64,000 nt of DNA from an uncultured Dehalococcoidaceae bacterium (GTDB lineage Bacteria; Chloroflexota; Dehalococcoidia; Dehalococcoidales; RBG-16-60-22), in the NCBI GenBank assembly GCA_964480145.1, contig CAYZOI010000001.1, positions 4,530-68,529 on the forward strand. Direction: 5' to 3'. This document shows, one piece after another, positions 54,994 to 63,215 of the stretch (its first letter is position 1; every line of letters begins with the position of its first letter). Under the pieces are notes generated by a model. It saw only the letters and a program-made list of their open reading frames with translations. It was not told the DNA's origin and made no database searches. Made by a program: the position numbers and the translations under genes.

Positions 54994-55965
54994 CTACATA
55001 TGCAGCTCTATGATATCGCCGTCCTGCAGGACATGGTCGCGCTTCACCATGATGCCATCGTGCTTGCCCGAGCCCCACAGTCGAGCGAATTTGAGCCTGG
55101 CCCTGAAGTCCTTGTGCACCGCTTCGGCCGCGTCGGTCAGCGTGCTTCCCCGCCCCAAGATGATAGGGTCGGTCATATCCGGCTTCTGGCCGGGGGTCTT
55201 GGTGTACACGCGGATAATCTCAAGCAACCGGAAGACCTGCCTCTTCATCTCCTCCAGACCAGCTCCGTCCCTGGCCGAGATGGAAACAAGCGGCAGTTTA
55301 GCACCATATCCGGCCTGCAATGACTTAAATCCGACATCGGTGCCGGGAATGTCCGCCTTGTTGCCCGCCACCAGGACCCTCTGCCGGCTCAGGATTCCCT
55401 CTTCGTTTTCGTTTCGATTAAGGCTGATTCTCATCTGCCACAGCTGCTCGATTGCTGACGCCATCTGTTCCCCAGGAGCATCGTTCAAATCAACTACCAT
55501 GAGCAGGGCATCCGCCCGCCGCAGCATAGGCGGCAGCCACCATTCAATCATCTGGGGCACCAGGGGCGGGGTATCAAGCAGCTGTATCTGTATGTTTTCA
55601 AAGGGCATCATGCCCGGACTGGCGGCATAGGTGGTGCAAGGGTAGTCGGCCACTGTCGGCGAGGCGTTGGTCACACTGGCCACAAGCTGTGATTTACCGG
55701 CGTTGGGCAGCCCGACCACGGCCACCTGAGCGGCGCCTTCTTTCTCAATCGCCATGGTCATCCGCTGGGCGCCGCTTTTCTTGCCCGCCTGCTGTGTCAG
55801 CTTGGCAATTCGACTTCTCAGCTCGGCTCGCAGGTGGTCAGTGCCCTTGTGCTTGGGCATAATCGCCAGCATCTCTTCCAGCGCGGCGATTTTCTCGGCC
55901 GGGGTCTTCGCCGCCCGGAAGTTTTTCTCGGCATCGAAATACTGTGGTGGCAGGTTGGCTGGCAT
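54994..55965 (-). CDS. DRG/Rbg-type OBG-family GTPase with a C-terminal TGS domain
   Basis: 323 aa. N-terminal ..KHKGTDHLRAELRSRIAKL.., G1 GLPNAGKS, G3 DTPP, G4 NKAD, TGS-like C-terminus. Confidence 0.75.
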   Translation of the reverse strand: MPANLPPQYFDAEKNFRAAKTPAEKIAALEEMLAIMPKHKGTDHLRAELRSRIAKLTQQAGKKSGAQRMTMAIEKEGAAQVAVVGLPNAGKSQLVASVTNASPTVADYPCTTYAASPGMMPFENIQIQLLDTPPLVPQMIEWWLPPMLRRADALLMVVDLNDAPGEQMASAIEQLWQMRISLNRNENEEGILSRQRVLVAGNKADIPGTDVGFKSLQAGYGAKLPLVSISARDGAGLEEMKRQVFRLLEIIRVYTKTPGQKPDMTDPIILGRGSTLTDAAEAVHKDFRARLKFARLWGSGKHDGIMVKRDHVLQDGDIIELHM

Positions 55966-55966
55966 C

Positions 55967-57796
55967 TTACAGTGACTCCTTTACTTTTCTGGCCAGCTTT
56001 TCCGTCATGCCGCTGGTTGCCGCCATTTCGTCAACCGATGCCTCTCTTACCGCCTGAACCGAGCCAAATTTCTTCAGGAGGGCGCGCCGGCGCCTGGGCC
56101 CGATGCCCGTTATACCATCAAACGCCGAGGTGAATGATTCCCGGCGGCGCACGTTGTGATAATACCCCAGAGCAAACCGGTGCGCTTCGTCACGAAGTCG
56201 CTGCAACAGCTTGAGCCCCGGAGAACGGCGCGGGAGAACAATCGGCTTCGCCTTCCGCGGCACGTAAACCTCTTCATTTTCCTTGGCTAGGCTGGCCACC
56301 GGCACCGACGTTACGCCCATCTCACCCAACGCCGACAGCGCGGCATTGAGCTGGCCCTTGCCGCCATCGATGAGTACTAGGTCAGGGACGATTGCCCAGG
56401 CATCCGGCACGGATTTTTCCTCGCCGAGGTGCTTGAACCTTCGCCTTAGAACCTCCTCAAGCATGGCGTAATCATTGGCCCCCGACACCGTTTTAATCCG
56501 AAAGCGCCGGTAGTGGGCCGGCTTTGATTTTCCCTTTTCAAAGACCACCATGCTGCCCACCGCCGCTTTCCCCTGAATATCGGAGATATCATAGGCTTCC
56601 ATGCGCAACGGCGGCTGGGGCAGGTGCAGTTCTTTCTCTATCTCGTCAATGGCTGCCTCCAGCTCTTTCGGCGTGGCGAGCTGTCTGATTTTCAGTTGCT
56701 CCAGCCCCTGTCTGGCGTTCTCGGCAACGATGTCCACCAGCTGCTTCCGGCTGCCGCGGCGCGGCACCCGGATATCAACCCGACCGCCCCGCCTGCCCTG
56801 CAACCAGCCCTTGAGCACCGCCGTATCTTCAACTGGATACTGCAGGAGCAGCCTGGGCGGTATGTTCGGGCTGGAACTGTAAAACTGCTTGATGAAGCCG
56901 GTGATAATCTGTCGCGGCTCTTCCTGCTGCGTGCCCTGCATCACAAAGCTCTCCCGTCCGGTCAGCTTGCTGTTGCGGATGAAGAAAACCTGGACATAAG
57001 CCTGGTCTCCATCCTGAGAAAAAGCGATGACGTCCTGCTCGCCGCTGACCGCAGCGGCGATTCTCTGCCCTTCCACAACTTTGTCCATGGCCTGAACCTG
57101 GTCGCGGTAAAGCGCCGCCTTCTCAAAGTCCAGCGCTGCCGCCGCCCGGTCCATCTTGTTCTGAAGGCTCCTGATAACCTTAGCCTGCTTCCCTTCCAGG
57201 AACATAATGACCTGTTTGACGACCTCGGCGTATTCCTTTCGGCTCACCGCTCCGATACAGGGCCCGAGGCACCGACCTATATAATACTCCAGGCACGCCC
57301 GCGAATCGGTGCCGGTAATCGTTTTCTTGCAGTAACGGAATGGAAAGATACCCTTGAGCACTTTCACTGTCTGGCGCACGGACCTGGCGCTGGCAAACGG
57401 TCCAAAGTAGCGCGAGCCATCCTCCTCCAGGCGCCGGGTGGTATGAACCCTAGGCCATTCTTCTTTGACGTTAATCTTGAGATAGGGAAAAGATTTGTCA
57501 TCTTTCAGCCTGACGTTATAGCGGGGGTGGTGACGCTTTATAAGGTTGAGTTCCAAAATCAGCGCTTCCTGCTCCGAGGATGTTACGTAGAAATCGATGT
57601 CAGCCACCCTGGAGACCATCTTCAGCAGCTTGGGCGACAGCTTCTGGCCGGCGGCACCGAAATACGACCTGACCCGGTGGCGGAGGCTGGCGGCTTTGCC
57701 CACATACAGGATTGTCCCTTCCGCATCCCGAAGCAGATATACGCCGGGACTGTCCGGCAACCGGTTTAATTGCTCTTCAATCAGTACGCTGACCAA
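55967..57796 (-). CDS. uvrC: excinuclease ABC subunit C
   Basis: 609 aa. GIY-YIG N-terminus (GVYLLRD..ILYVGKA), UvrBC domain, RNase-H-like endonuclease, C-terminal (HhH)2. Confidence 0.95.
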   Translation of the reverse strand: MVSVLIEEQLNRLPDSPGVYLLRDAEGTILYVGKAASLRHRVRSYFGAAGQKLSPKLLKMVSRVADIDFYVTSSEQEALILELNLIKRHHPRYNVRLKDDKSFPYLKINVKEEWPRVHTTRRLEEDGSRYFGPFASARSVRQTVKVLKGIFPFRYCKKTITGTDSRACLEYYIGRCLGPCIGAVSRKEYAEVVKQVIMFLEGKQAKVIRSLQNKMDRAAAALDFEKAALYRDQVQAMDKVVEGQRIAAAVSGEQDVIAFSQDGDQAYVQVFFIRNSKLTGRESFVMQGTQQEEPRQIITGFIKQFYSSSPNIPPRLLLQYPVEDTAVLKGWLQGRRGGRVDIRVPRRGSRKQLVDIVAENARQGLEQLKIRQLATPKELEAAIDEIEKELHLPQPPLRMEAYDISDIQGKAAVGSMVVFEKGKSKPAHYRRFRIKTVSGANDYAMLEEVLRRRFKHLGEEKSVPDAWAIVPDLVLIDGGKGQLNAALSALGEMGVTSVPVASLAKENEEVYVPRKAKPIVLPRRSPGLKLLQRLRDEAHRFALGYYHNVRRRESFTSAFDGITGIGPRRRRALLKKFGSVQAVREASVDEMAATSGMTEKLARKVKESL

Positions 57797-58019
57797 GTTT
57801 GCTTCTCCCCTGCATATTTTAACACAGCCGATATGGGGGACAAAGCAGAGCCGTTAACTACAAAGGAACGATTATAGGTAGGAAACAGCCCCTTTATGAT
57901 TGAAAATAAAAGCCCTACAGAAAAGGATGCAACGGATAATCCCAGAACGTTTGACGCTCAGAAAGGAAATGCCATATTATGAGACACAATGGATGTTATC
58001 AGGTTACTGGAGGTAAATC

Positions 58020-58826
58020 ATGGTTCAATCCATTATTAAACCAAGCGTGCATAAAGTTGGCTTCATTTCGCCGCCAGCCTGGTTTGACATATCACCAACT
58101 GAGTTCCTGCGTATTGCTCCAAAAAATACAATTGTTATGCAAACAGTCATGCGGCTACCGGATTTTGACTATAAAGTAGACAGAGTGGAACAATTTATAA
58201 ATTCTGTACCAGAGTTGGGTGCGTGTTTTAATTCTCTAGCAGAAGCCGGAGCTGACGTTGTAACCCAGTTTGGATACCCTTTTTCCTTAGCTCATGGGTG
58301 GGAAAAGGCTCAAAAGGTTTATAAAAGTATTCAGAAAAACAGCGAAACTAGCTTTGTAATGATGGGCGTGGAAATAGTATACGCCATGAAACATCTCAAC
58401 TGTAAATCAATCGCTATCGCATCTACATACTATTCTGGAAAGATGTCGAAAATACTTTATGAATATCTGATAGAGGCCGGTTTCAACATTTTGCATTCCG
58501 AAAACTGGCAATCACAGGGTATAGCAGAAGAGACAGATTCTAATTTATTTATCGGAGAGGGAGAATTAGACCCTATAAACTGGAAAACCCCCGTGTATGC
58601 TATTGAAAAAGCGGTCAGGAATGTCTCGAAAAATGCTCCTGATGCAGATTGTATTTTAGTTTCCGGTGGTGGCATGAGGTTGCTGGACGTCGTTGAGAGA
58701 CTGGAGAAAGAAACAGGCAAACCCATTATTGGTGGAGATTTGGCTATATACTGGGGAATTCTCAGGCGACTCGGTATCAAAGAAAGCGTTCGCGGACACG
58801 GGAAATTGCTAGCTAATCTGGTTTAG
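58020..58826 (+). CDS. arylmalonate decarboxylase / maleate isomerase (Asp/Glu-racemase superfamily) homologue
   Basis: 268 aa. VGFISPPAW.., ..SIAIASTYY.., ..DCILVSGGGMRLLDV..GKPIIGG.. parallel AMDase/MaiA blocks as I remember them. The gene is AT-rich. Confidence 0.55.
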   Translation: MVQSIIKPSVHKVGFISPPAWFDISPTEFLRIAPKNTIVMQTVMRLPDFDYKVDRVEQFINSVPELGACFNSLAEAGADVVTQFGYPFSLAHGWEKAQKVYKSIQKNSETSFVMMGVEIVYAMKHLNCKSIAIASTYYSGKMSKILYEYLIEAGFNILHSENWQSQGIAEETDSNLFIGEGELDPINWKTPVYAIEKAVRNVSKNAPDADCILVSGGGMRLLDVVERLEKETGKPIIGGDLAIYWGILRRLGIKESVRGHGKLLANLV

Positions 58827-58861
58827 TTATTTATGCCCAACTTCCTGAATCTAATTTTCAG

Positions 58862-59452
58862 TCATAACAAAGAGGCTAACTGTCTTCCGAGGTTCTCTGC
58901 TTGCTCAAGGATTTTCGGGTATTCCCTTACTTTCCCCTTTTGAAAAATACCAAGTACCGGCAGTTCACCAATCACTTCATGACCAAGAGCTTTGATAGAA
59001 CGACGCATAGTCTCTAACGTCAAGTCCATTCCTCCCTCCTCAAGACTAGCCTGCTCGCCGACAACAGCGATTGCCGCTTTTCGACCCTGGCCTTCTAATC
59101 GGCTAGACCAATATCCAGGGCGTTCATCACTGAAGTGATAGAATGAATATAAGCGGTCTATGAAGGATTTCATGAGAGCAGTCATATTGTAACTATATAC
59201 AGGAGATATCAGAACCAGTCCCAGGGCTTCCTCGATTTTCGGGTATATGAGTTGCATTCCATCTTGAAGACCTGTGCACCGTTTGTCTTTACGACATCGC
59301 TCACAACCAATGCACGGTTGGAACTGATAGTCTCGAAGCTGCACCTCCTCAATAACAGCTTCATTCCTTGCTCCCTTGAGTATATGATGCATTAATATAT
59401 CTGAGTTACCTCCTCTGCGAGGGCTACCCCCGATACCCAGTACCTTTTTCAT
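58862..59452 (-). CDS. NADPH-dependent FMN reductase / iron-sulfur flavoprotein-like
   Basis: ORF track 58862..59488. ATG59452 (MKKVLGIGGSPRRGGNS) is preferred, sitting behind GAGGAG. CIGCERC..C cluster. The gene is AT-rich. Confidence 0.75.
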   Translation of the reverse strand: MKKVLGIGGSPRRGGNSDILMHHILKGARNEAVIEEVQLRDYQFQPCIGCERCRKDKRCTGLQDGMQLIYPKIEEALGLVLISPVYSYNMTALMKSFIDRLYSFYHFSDERPGYWSSRLEGQGRKAAIAVVGEQASLEEGGMDLTLETMRRSIKALGHEVIGELPVLGIFQKGKVREYPKILEQAENLGRQLASLL

Positions 59453-59629
59453 TGCTTTCTTCTCCTCTGTACTATTATTTAAACCCAATTCATATATTGG
59501 GATTAGAGTTTGGTTACCTGATAAGGGTGTGTTAATACGGGAAACGCGGCTCCATTCGTAACAATGATAAGATTGGGACTAAAGGCTGTCAACTATATAG
59601 CATAAAAGGAACTAATTTAGCTTTTTGAC

Positions 59630-59657
59630 TTGACATATTATTGATTTATGTTAAAAT
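59630..59657 (+). promoter_or_regulatory. sigma70-like promoter upstream of xerD (TTGACA, 16 nt spacer, TAAAAT with TGT extension)
   Basis: -35 at 59630-59635 and -10 at 59652-59657, read directly. Confidence 0.45.
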
Positions 59658-59677
59658 GTTTAACGTTATGTTAAAAT
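59646..59677 (+). repeat. direct repeat TTATGTTAAAAT x2 (period 20 nt)
   Basis: Copies at 59646-59657 and 59666-59677, read directly. The motif matches the E. coli dif XerD arm TTATGTTAAAT except for one extra A. Confidence 0.6.
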
Positions 59678-59708
59678 ATATGGGCGATGCCTGTTTAGAG
59701 GAGGCGCG

Positions 59709-60617
59709 GTGAAAGAAGAAATCAACGGCTTTTTGAATTATTTGACCGTGGAGAAGGGATTTTCAGAGAACACTCTGGATGCTTACCGGAACGATTTACA
59801 ACAGCTGGCCAGCTTCGCCGGGGAAGAGGCGGCAAAGCAAGGGAGCATCCCCTCATGGGAAAATTTCAGCCGCCAGGTAATGCTGGCCTACATGCTTAAT
59901 CTAAAGGAGCGGAATTACGCGGCAACCACCATTGCCCGCAAGGTGGCGGCGACGCGTTCTTTCTTTGGCTTCTTGAAGTCCGAGGGCATCATCAAGACTG
60001 ACCCGACCGAGAACATGAGCTCGCCAAGCGTGGGGAAGTCGCTGCCCAAGCCAATTACCATCAGCCAGGTGCGCCAACTGCTGGAACAGCCGACCAAGCT
60101 GAATACGCTGGAAGCGAAGAGAGATAAAGCAATGCTGGAACTGCTCTATGCCTCCGGCATGCGGATAAGCGAGCTGGTCGGCCTTAATCTGGGCGATGTC
60201 AACACCGAAGAGGGATTTGTAAGATGTTTCGGCAAGGGACACAAGGAACGCATCGTGCCAATCTACGAGCAGGCCGCCCGGTTGGTCAAGGAGTATATCG
60301 GGGAAACACGCCCCAAACTGGCTCGTAAAAAGGATGAAGTCGCCCTCTTTCTCAATCCCCGCGGCGACCGCCTGACCAGGCAGGGTTTCTGGCAGAAGTT
60401 GAAAGAGTACGCCAAATCGGCGGGACTGAACACCCAGATCAGCCCGCATACACTGAGACACAGCTTTGCCACCCACATGCTGAGCGGTGGTGCCGACCTG
60501 CGCGCTGTTCAGGAGTTGCTCGGGCATGCCAATATCTCCACCACACAGGTTTATACCCACCTCACCAGCGAGCACGTCCGGCGCACCTATGAGAGGTCGC
60601 ACCCGAGGGCCAAGTAG
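59709..60617 (+). CDS. xerD: tyrosine recombinase XerD/XerC
   Basis: 302 aa. SAM-like N-domain (..YL.VEKGFSENTLDAYRNDL..), catalytic R..HxLRHSFATH..GH..Y. Confidence 0.85.
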   Translation: MKEEINGFLNYLTVEKGFSENTLDAYRNDLQQLASFAGEEAAKQGSIPSWENFSRQVMLAYMLNLKERNYAATTIARKVAATRSFFGFLKSEGIIKTDPTENMSSPSVGKSLPKPITISQVRQLLEQPTKLNTLEAKRDKAMLELLYASGMRISELVGLNLGDVNTEEGFVRCFGKGHKERIVPIYEQAARLVKEYIGETRPKLARKKDEVALFLNPRGDRLTRQGFWQKLKEYAKSAGLNTQISPHTLRHSFATHMLSGGADLRAVQELLGHANISTTQVYTHLTSEHVRRTYERSHPRAK

Positions 60618-60656
60618 CCGAATATTGACACTTTAACAGGATACAGGAGAATCTAA

Positions 60657-60917
60657 ATGCCGAAGAAACCAAGACGTGGCAAAATGTTCCAGAGTAAAAA
60701 GAGAAGAGTCAGGCAACCGGCTATCTCCAGACCTGCGGCACCGCCGGTAGCCGCTCAGGAAGATATACGCGCTGTTGCAACTCCGGCATCCGGTGCGGTT
60801 ACGAAACCGAAAACCTCTGCCGTGAAATACCCGTACGTTACGGCCGAACTGCGCCGAATCGGTATTCTGGCCGGGGCGATAGTGGTCATTCTCGTTGTGC
60901 TGGCACTGGTACTGTAA
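60657..60917 (+). CDS. hypothetical basic protein with a C-terminal TM anchor
   Basis: 86 aa. K/R-rich N-terminus, Pro/Ala linker, terminal hydrophobic helix. Confidence 0.5.
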   Translation: MPKKPRRGKMFQSKKRRVRQPAISRPAAPPVAAQEDIRAVATPASGAVTKPKTSAVKYPYVTAELRRIGILAGAIVVILVVLALVL

Positions 60918-60935
60918 TATTTTTACCTGGCGGTA

Positions 60936-61577
60936 ATGATGGACTTTGAGGCCGAAAGAGCCAGGTTAATTGAGCACCTTAGCAGGGAAATAAAGGACAG
61001 GCGTGTCCTCGAGGCCATGGCCCGCACGCCACGAGAGCAATTCGTGCCGAAGGAAAGCCGCCACCTCGCCTACGAGGATATTCCACTGCCCATCGGCCTG
61101 GAACAGACCATCTCTCAGCCCTTTATTATTGCCCTGATGACCGAGGCGCTGGAACTGACCGGCGCGGAAAAAGTGCTGGAAGTCGGGACGGGCAGCGGCT
61201 ATCAGGCGGCGATTCTCGCGGCGCTAACCCGCCGCGTGGTTACCGTGGAGCGCTTACCGAAGCTGGCGGAGACAGCCAGAAAGGTACTGGATAGCCTGGA
61301 ATATCGCAATATTGAAATACACCTCTCCGCGGAAACCATTGGCTGTCCGGAAGAAGCCCCCTTTGAGGCGATATTGGTCACCGCCGGCGCACCCAGCGTG
61401 CCGCCGGAGCTAGTATCGCAACTGGCCCTCGGCGGACGTATGGTCATACCGGTCGGCTCACGTTACCTTCAGGAACTGGTAAAAATTACCCGTCAGAGGA
61501 AGAAAAACAGGGTTGAGAACCTGGGCGGCTGCCGCTTCGTCTCACTTATAGGCAAGGGCGCCTGGGACAAAGAATAG
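60936..61577 (+). CDS. pcm: protein-L-isoaspartate O-methyltransferase
   Basis: 213 aa. ..TISQPFIIA.., SAM motif LEVGTGSGYQAA. Confidence 0.9.
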   Translation: MMDFEAERARLIEHLSREIKDRRVLEAMARTPREQFVPKESRHLAYEDIPLPIGLEQTISQPFIIALMTEALELTGAEKVLEVGTGSGYQAAILAALTRRVVTVERLPKLAETARKVLDSLEYRNIEIHLSAETIGCPEEAPFEAILVTAGAPSVPPELVSQLALGGRMVIPVGSRYLQELVKITRQRKKNRVENLGGCRFVSLIGKGAWDKE

Positions 61578-61596
61578 AAATCATCGATAAGGAGGC

Positions 61597-62148
61597 TTGA
61601 TGGAAGTCCTGGAAGCAATTAAAACCCGGAGGAGCATTCGCAAGTACAAATCCGACCCGGTGGATGACGAAACGCTGGAGAAGGTGCTTGAAGCCGCGCG
61701 CCAAGCACCATCGTGGGCAAACACTCAATGCTGGCAATTTGTGGCCGTGCGGGATGCGGAAACCAAAGGCAAGCTCTCCGACACGTTGAGCGAGACCAAC
61801 CCGGCCCGGGATGCCGTACGCAATGCACCAATAGCCGTAGTTGCCTGCGCCGAAATGGGCAGGGCCGGCTACAAGAGCGGCGAGGTGACCACGGACAAGG
61901 GCGACTGGTTCATGTTCGATGTTGCTCTGGCGATGCATAACCTGGTGCTGGCCGCTCACGCCCTCGGGCTGGGCACGGTTTATGTCGGGCTATTTGACGC
62001 GAAAAAGGCCGCCAGCATCCTGTCAGTACCCGAAGGATACCGCGCGGTGGCGATTACACCACTCGGTTACCCCGACGAAATAAAAGAGGCCCGGTCAAGA
62101 AAAGAGCTTGCCGAGTTTGTCCATTACGACAAATGGGGTGCCGGATAG
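61597..62148 (+). CDS. nitroreductase-family protein
   Basis: 183 aa. ..RRSIRKY.., ..APSWANTQCW... Confidence 0.85.
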   Translation: MMEVLEAIKTRRSIRKYKSDPVDDETLEKVLEAARQAPSWANTQCWQFVAVRDAETKGKLSDTLSETNPARDAVRNAPIAVVACAEMGRAGYKSGEVTTDKGDWFMFDVALAMHNLVLAAHALGLGTVYVGLFDAKKAASILSVPEGYRAVAITPLGYPDEIKEARSRKELAEFVHYDKWGAG

Positions 62149-62160
62149 GGCACAGTTTCG

Positions 62161-62715
62161 ATGAGCTACCGAGTGTGGGTTCTGGTTGCCGCGGGGTTGT
62201 TCGCTACCGGCATGTTGCTTGGTCTGGCCATGCCCGATGACACAGGCGACTTCTTCGCCGGGGACATAGCAACTCTTGAAGAACTGGCCAAATTATTAGA
62301 CCTCAGCCCCTTTACAGTATCGACGGCGGTTTTCATCTTTCTGAAAAACACGTCGGCTCTGGTCTTCAGCTTCATCCTCAGCCCGCTTCTCTGCCTGGTA
62401 CCCATCATTGCGTTAATAGTCAACGGGGGACTTATCTCATTCGTCTCCATTACCATTATAGAACAGGAGTCGGTCGGTCTGCTCCTGGCCGGACTGCTGC
62501 CCCACGGTATATTTGAGCTTCCGGCGCTGATTATCGGCGAGGCAGCCGCACTCAGCTTCGGCGCGATGGCGATTATCGCCCTTATTTCCAAGAAGCGAAG
62601 AAGCCAGCTATACCCCAACCTGAAACAGAATATAAAGTACATGGCGCTGGCCTTTGCCCTGCTGCTGCCGGCGGCCATAATCGAAACCTATATCACGCCA
62701 CTATTTCTACGCTAA
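62161..62715 (+). CDS. SpoIIM-like (DUF95) membrane protein
   Basis: 184 aa with 5 TM segments and a ..LPHGIFELPALIIGEAAAL.. motif. Confidence 0.7.
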   Translation: MSYRVWVLVAAGLFATGMLLGLAMPDDTGDFFAGDIATLEELAKLLDLSPFTVSTAVFIFLKNTSALVFSFILSPLLCLVPIIALIVNGGLISFVSITIIEQESVGLLLAGLLPHGIFELPALIIGEAAALSFGAMAIIALISKKRRSQLYPNLKQNIKYMALAFALLLPAAIIETYITPLFLR

Positions 62716-62729
62716 GGAGGTGGACAACA

Positions 62730-63215
62730 ATGAATGAGCTTGGTCTGGCAATTCCCTTCTGGGTTCTGGCGCTCATCTGGATGGCGAAGACCATCTGGCT
62801 GGTCATCATCTGCGTCCTGCTCGCCTGGCTTGGTATCCGTGCCTTTGACGCGCTCACCCCCCACATCCCACACCGCCAGCGCATCGGTGAAAGCCCGGTG
62901 GCCACCGGACTGTTCATCGCCGGTTTTTTCATCCTCACCGGCCTGGTTATCCACGGAGCGCTGACGGCACCGACGGTAATTGGCGGCCCGCTGCTCACTT
63001 ACTTCTTCGACTTCAGGAGGCTGGGGCTGCTGGCACTGAGCTTTGTGGTGAGCCTGCTGGTCGGCATCGCCCTGTTCTACATCGTGGACAAGCTGACCCC
63101 GAAAATTCCCTTCGCCGGTATTGAACCCGAGCCAGTGGCCGTGGGCATCAACGTTTTCGGCTATCTGGTCTTCTTTGGCCTGATACTCCACGCCGCACTG
63201 ACTATGCCACTATGA
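62730..63215 (+). CDS. DUF350-like membrane protein (two internal repeats)
   Basis: 161 aa. Repeated ..D.LTP.IP..I...PVA.G... modules with 4 TM segments. Confidence 0.55.
   Translation: MNELGLAIPFWVLALIWMAKTIWLVIICVLLAWLGIRAFDALTPHIPHRQRIGESPVATGLFIAGFFILTGLVIHGALTAPTVIGGPLLTYFFDFRRLGLLALSFVVSLLVGIALFYIVDKLTPKIPFAGIEPEPVAVGINVFGYLVFFGLILHAALTMPL

Noticed and set aside
59629-59677. A complete 28-bp dif site (XerC arm, 6-bp spacer, XerD arm) upstream of xerD
   Set aside because: Only the XerD-arm-like half (TTATGTTAAAAT) is convincing. The sequence 17 nt upstream (CTTGACATATT ATTGAT) does not give a CATAA-ended XerC arm at the correct 6-bp spacing. It is reported only as a dif-arm-like repeat and not as dif.
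59709-60617. XerD-like recombinase as a phage or island integrase
   Set aside because: It has host-like GC, and its full XerC/D-type N-terminal domain and length (302 aa) fit the chromosomal dimer-resolution enzyme. I saw no excisionase or phage genes.
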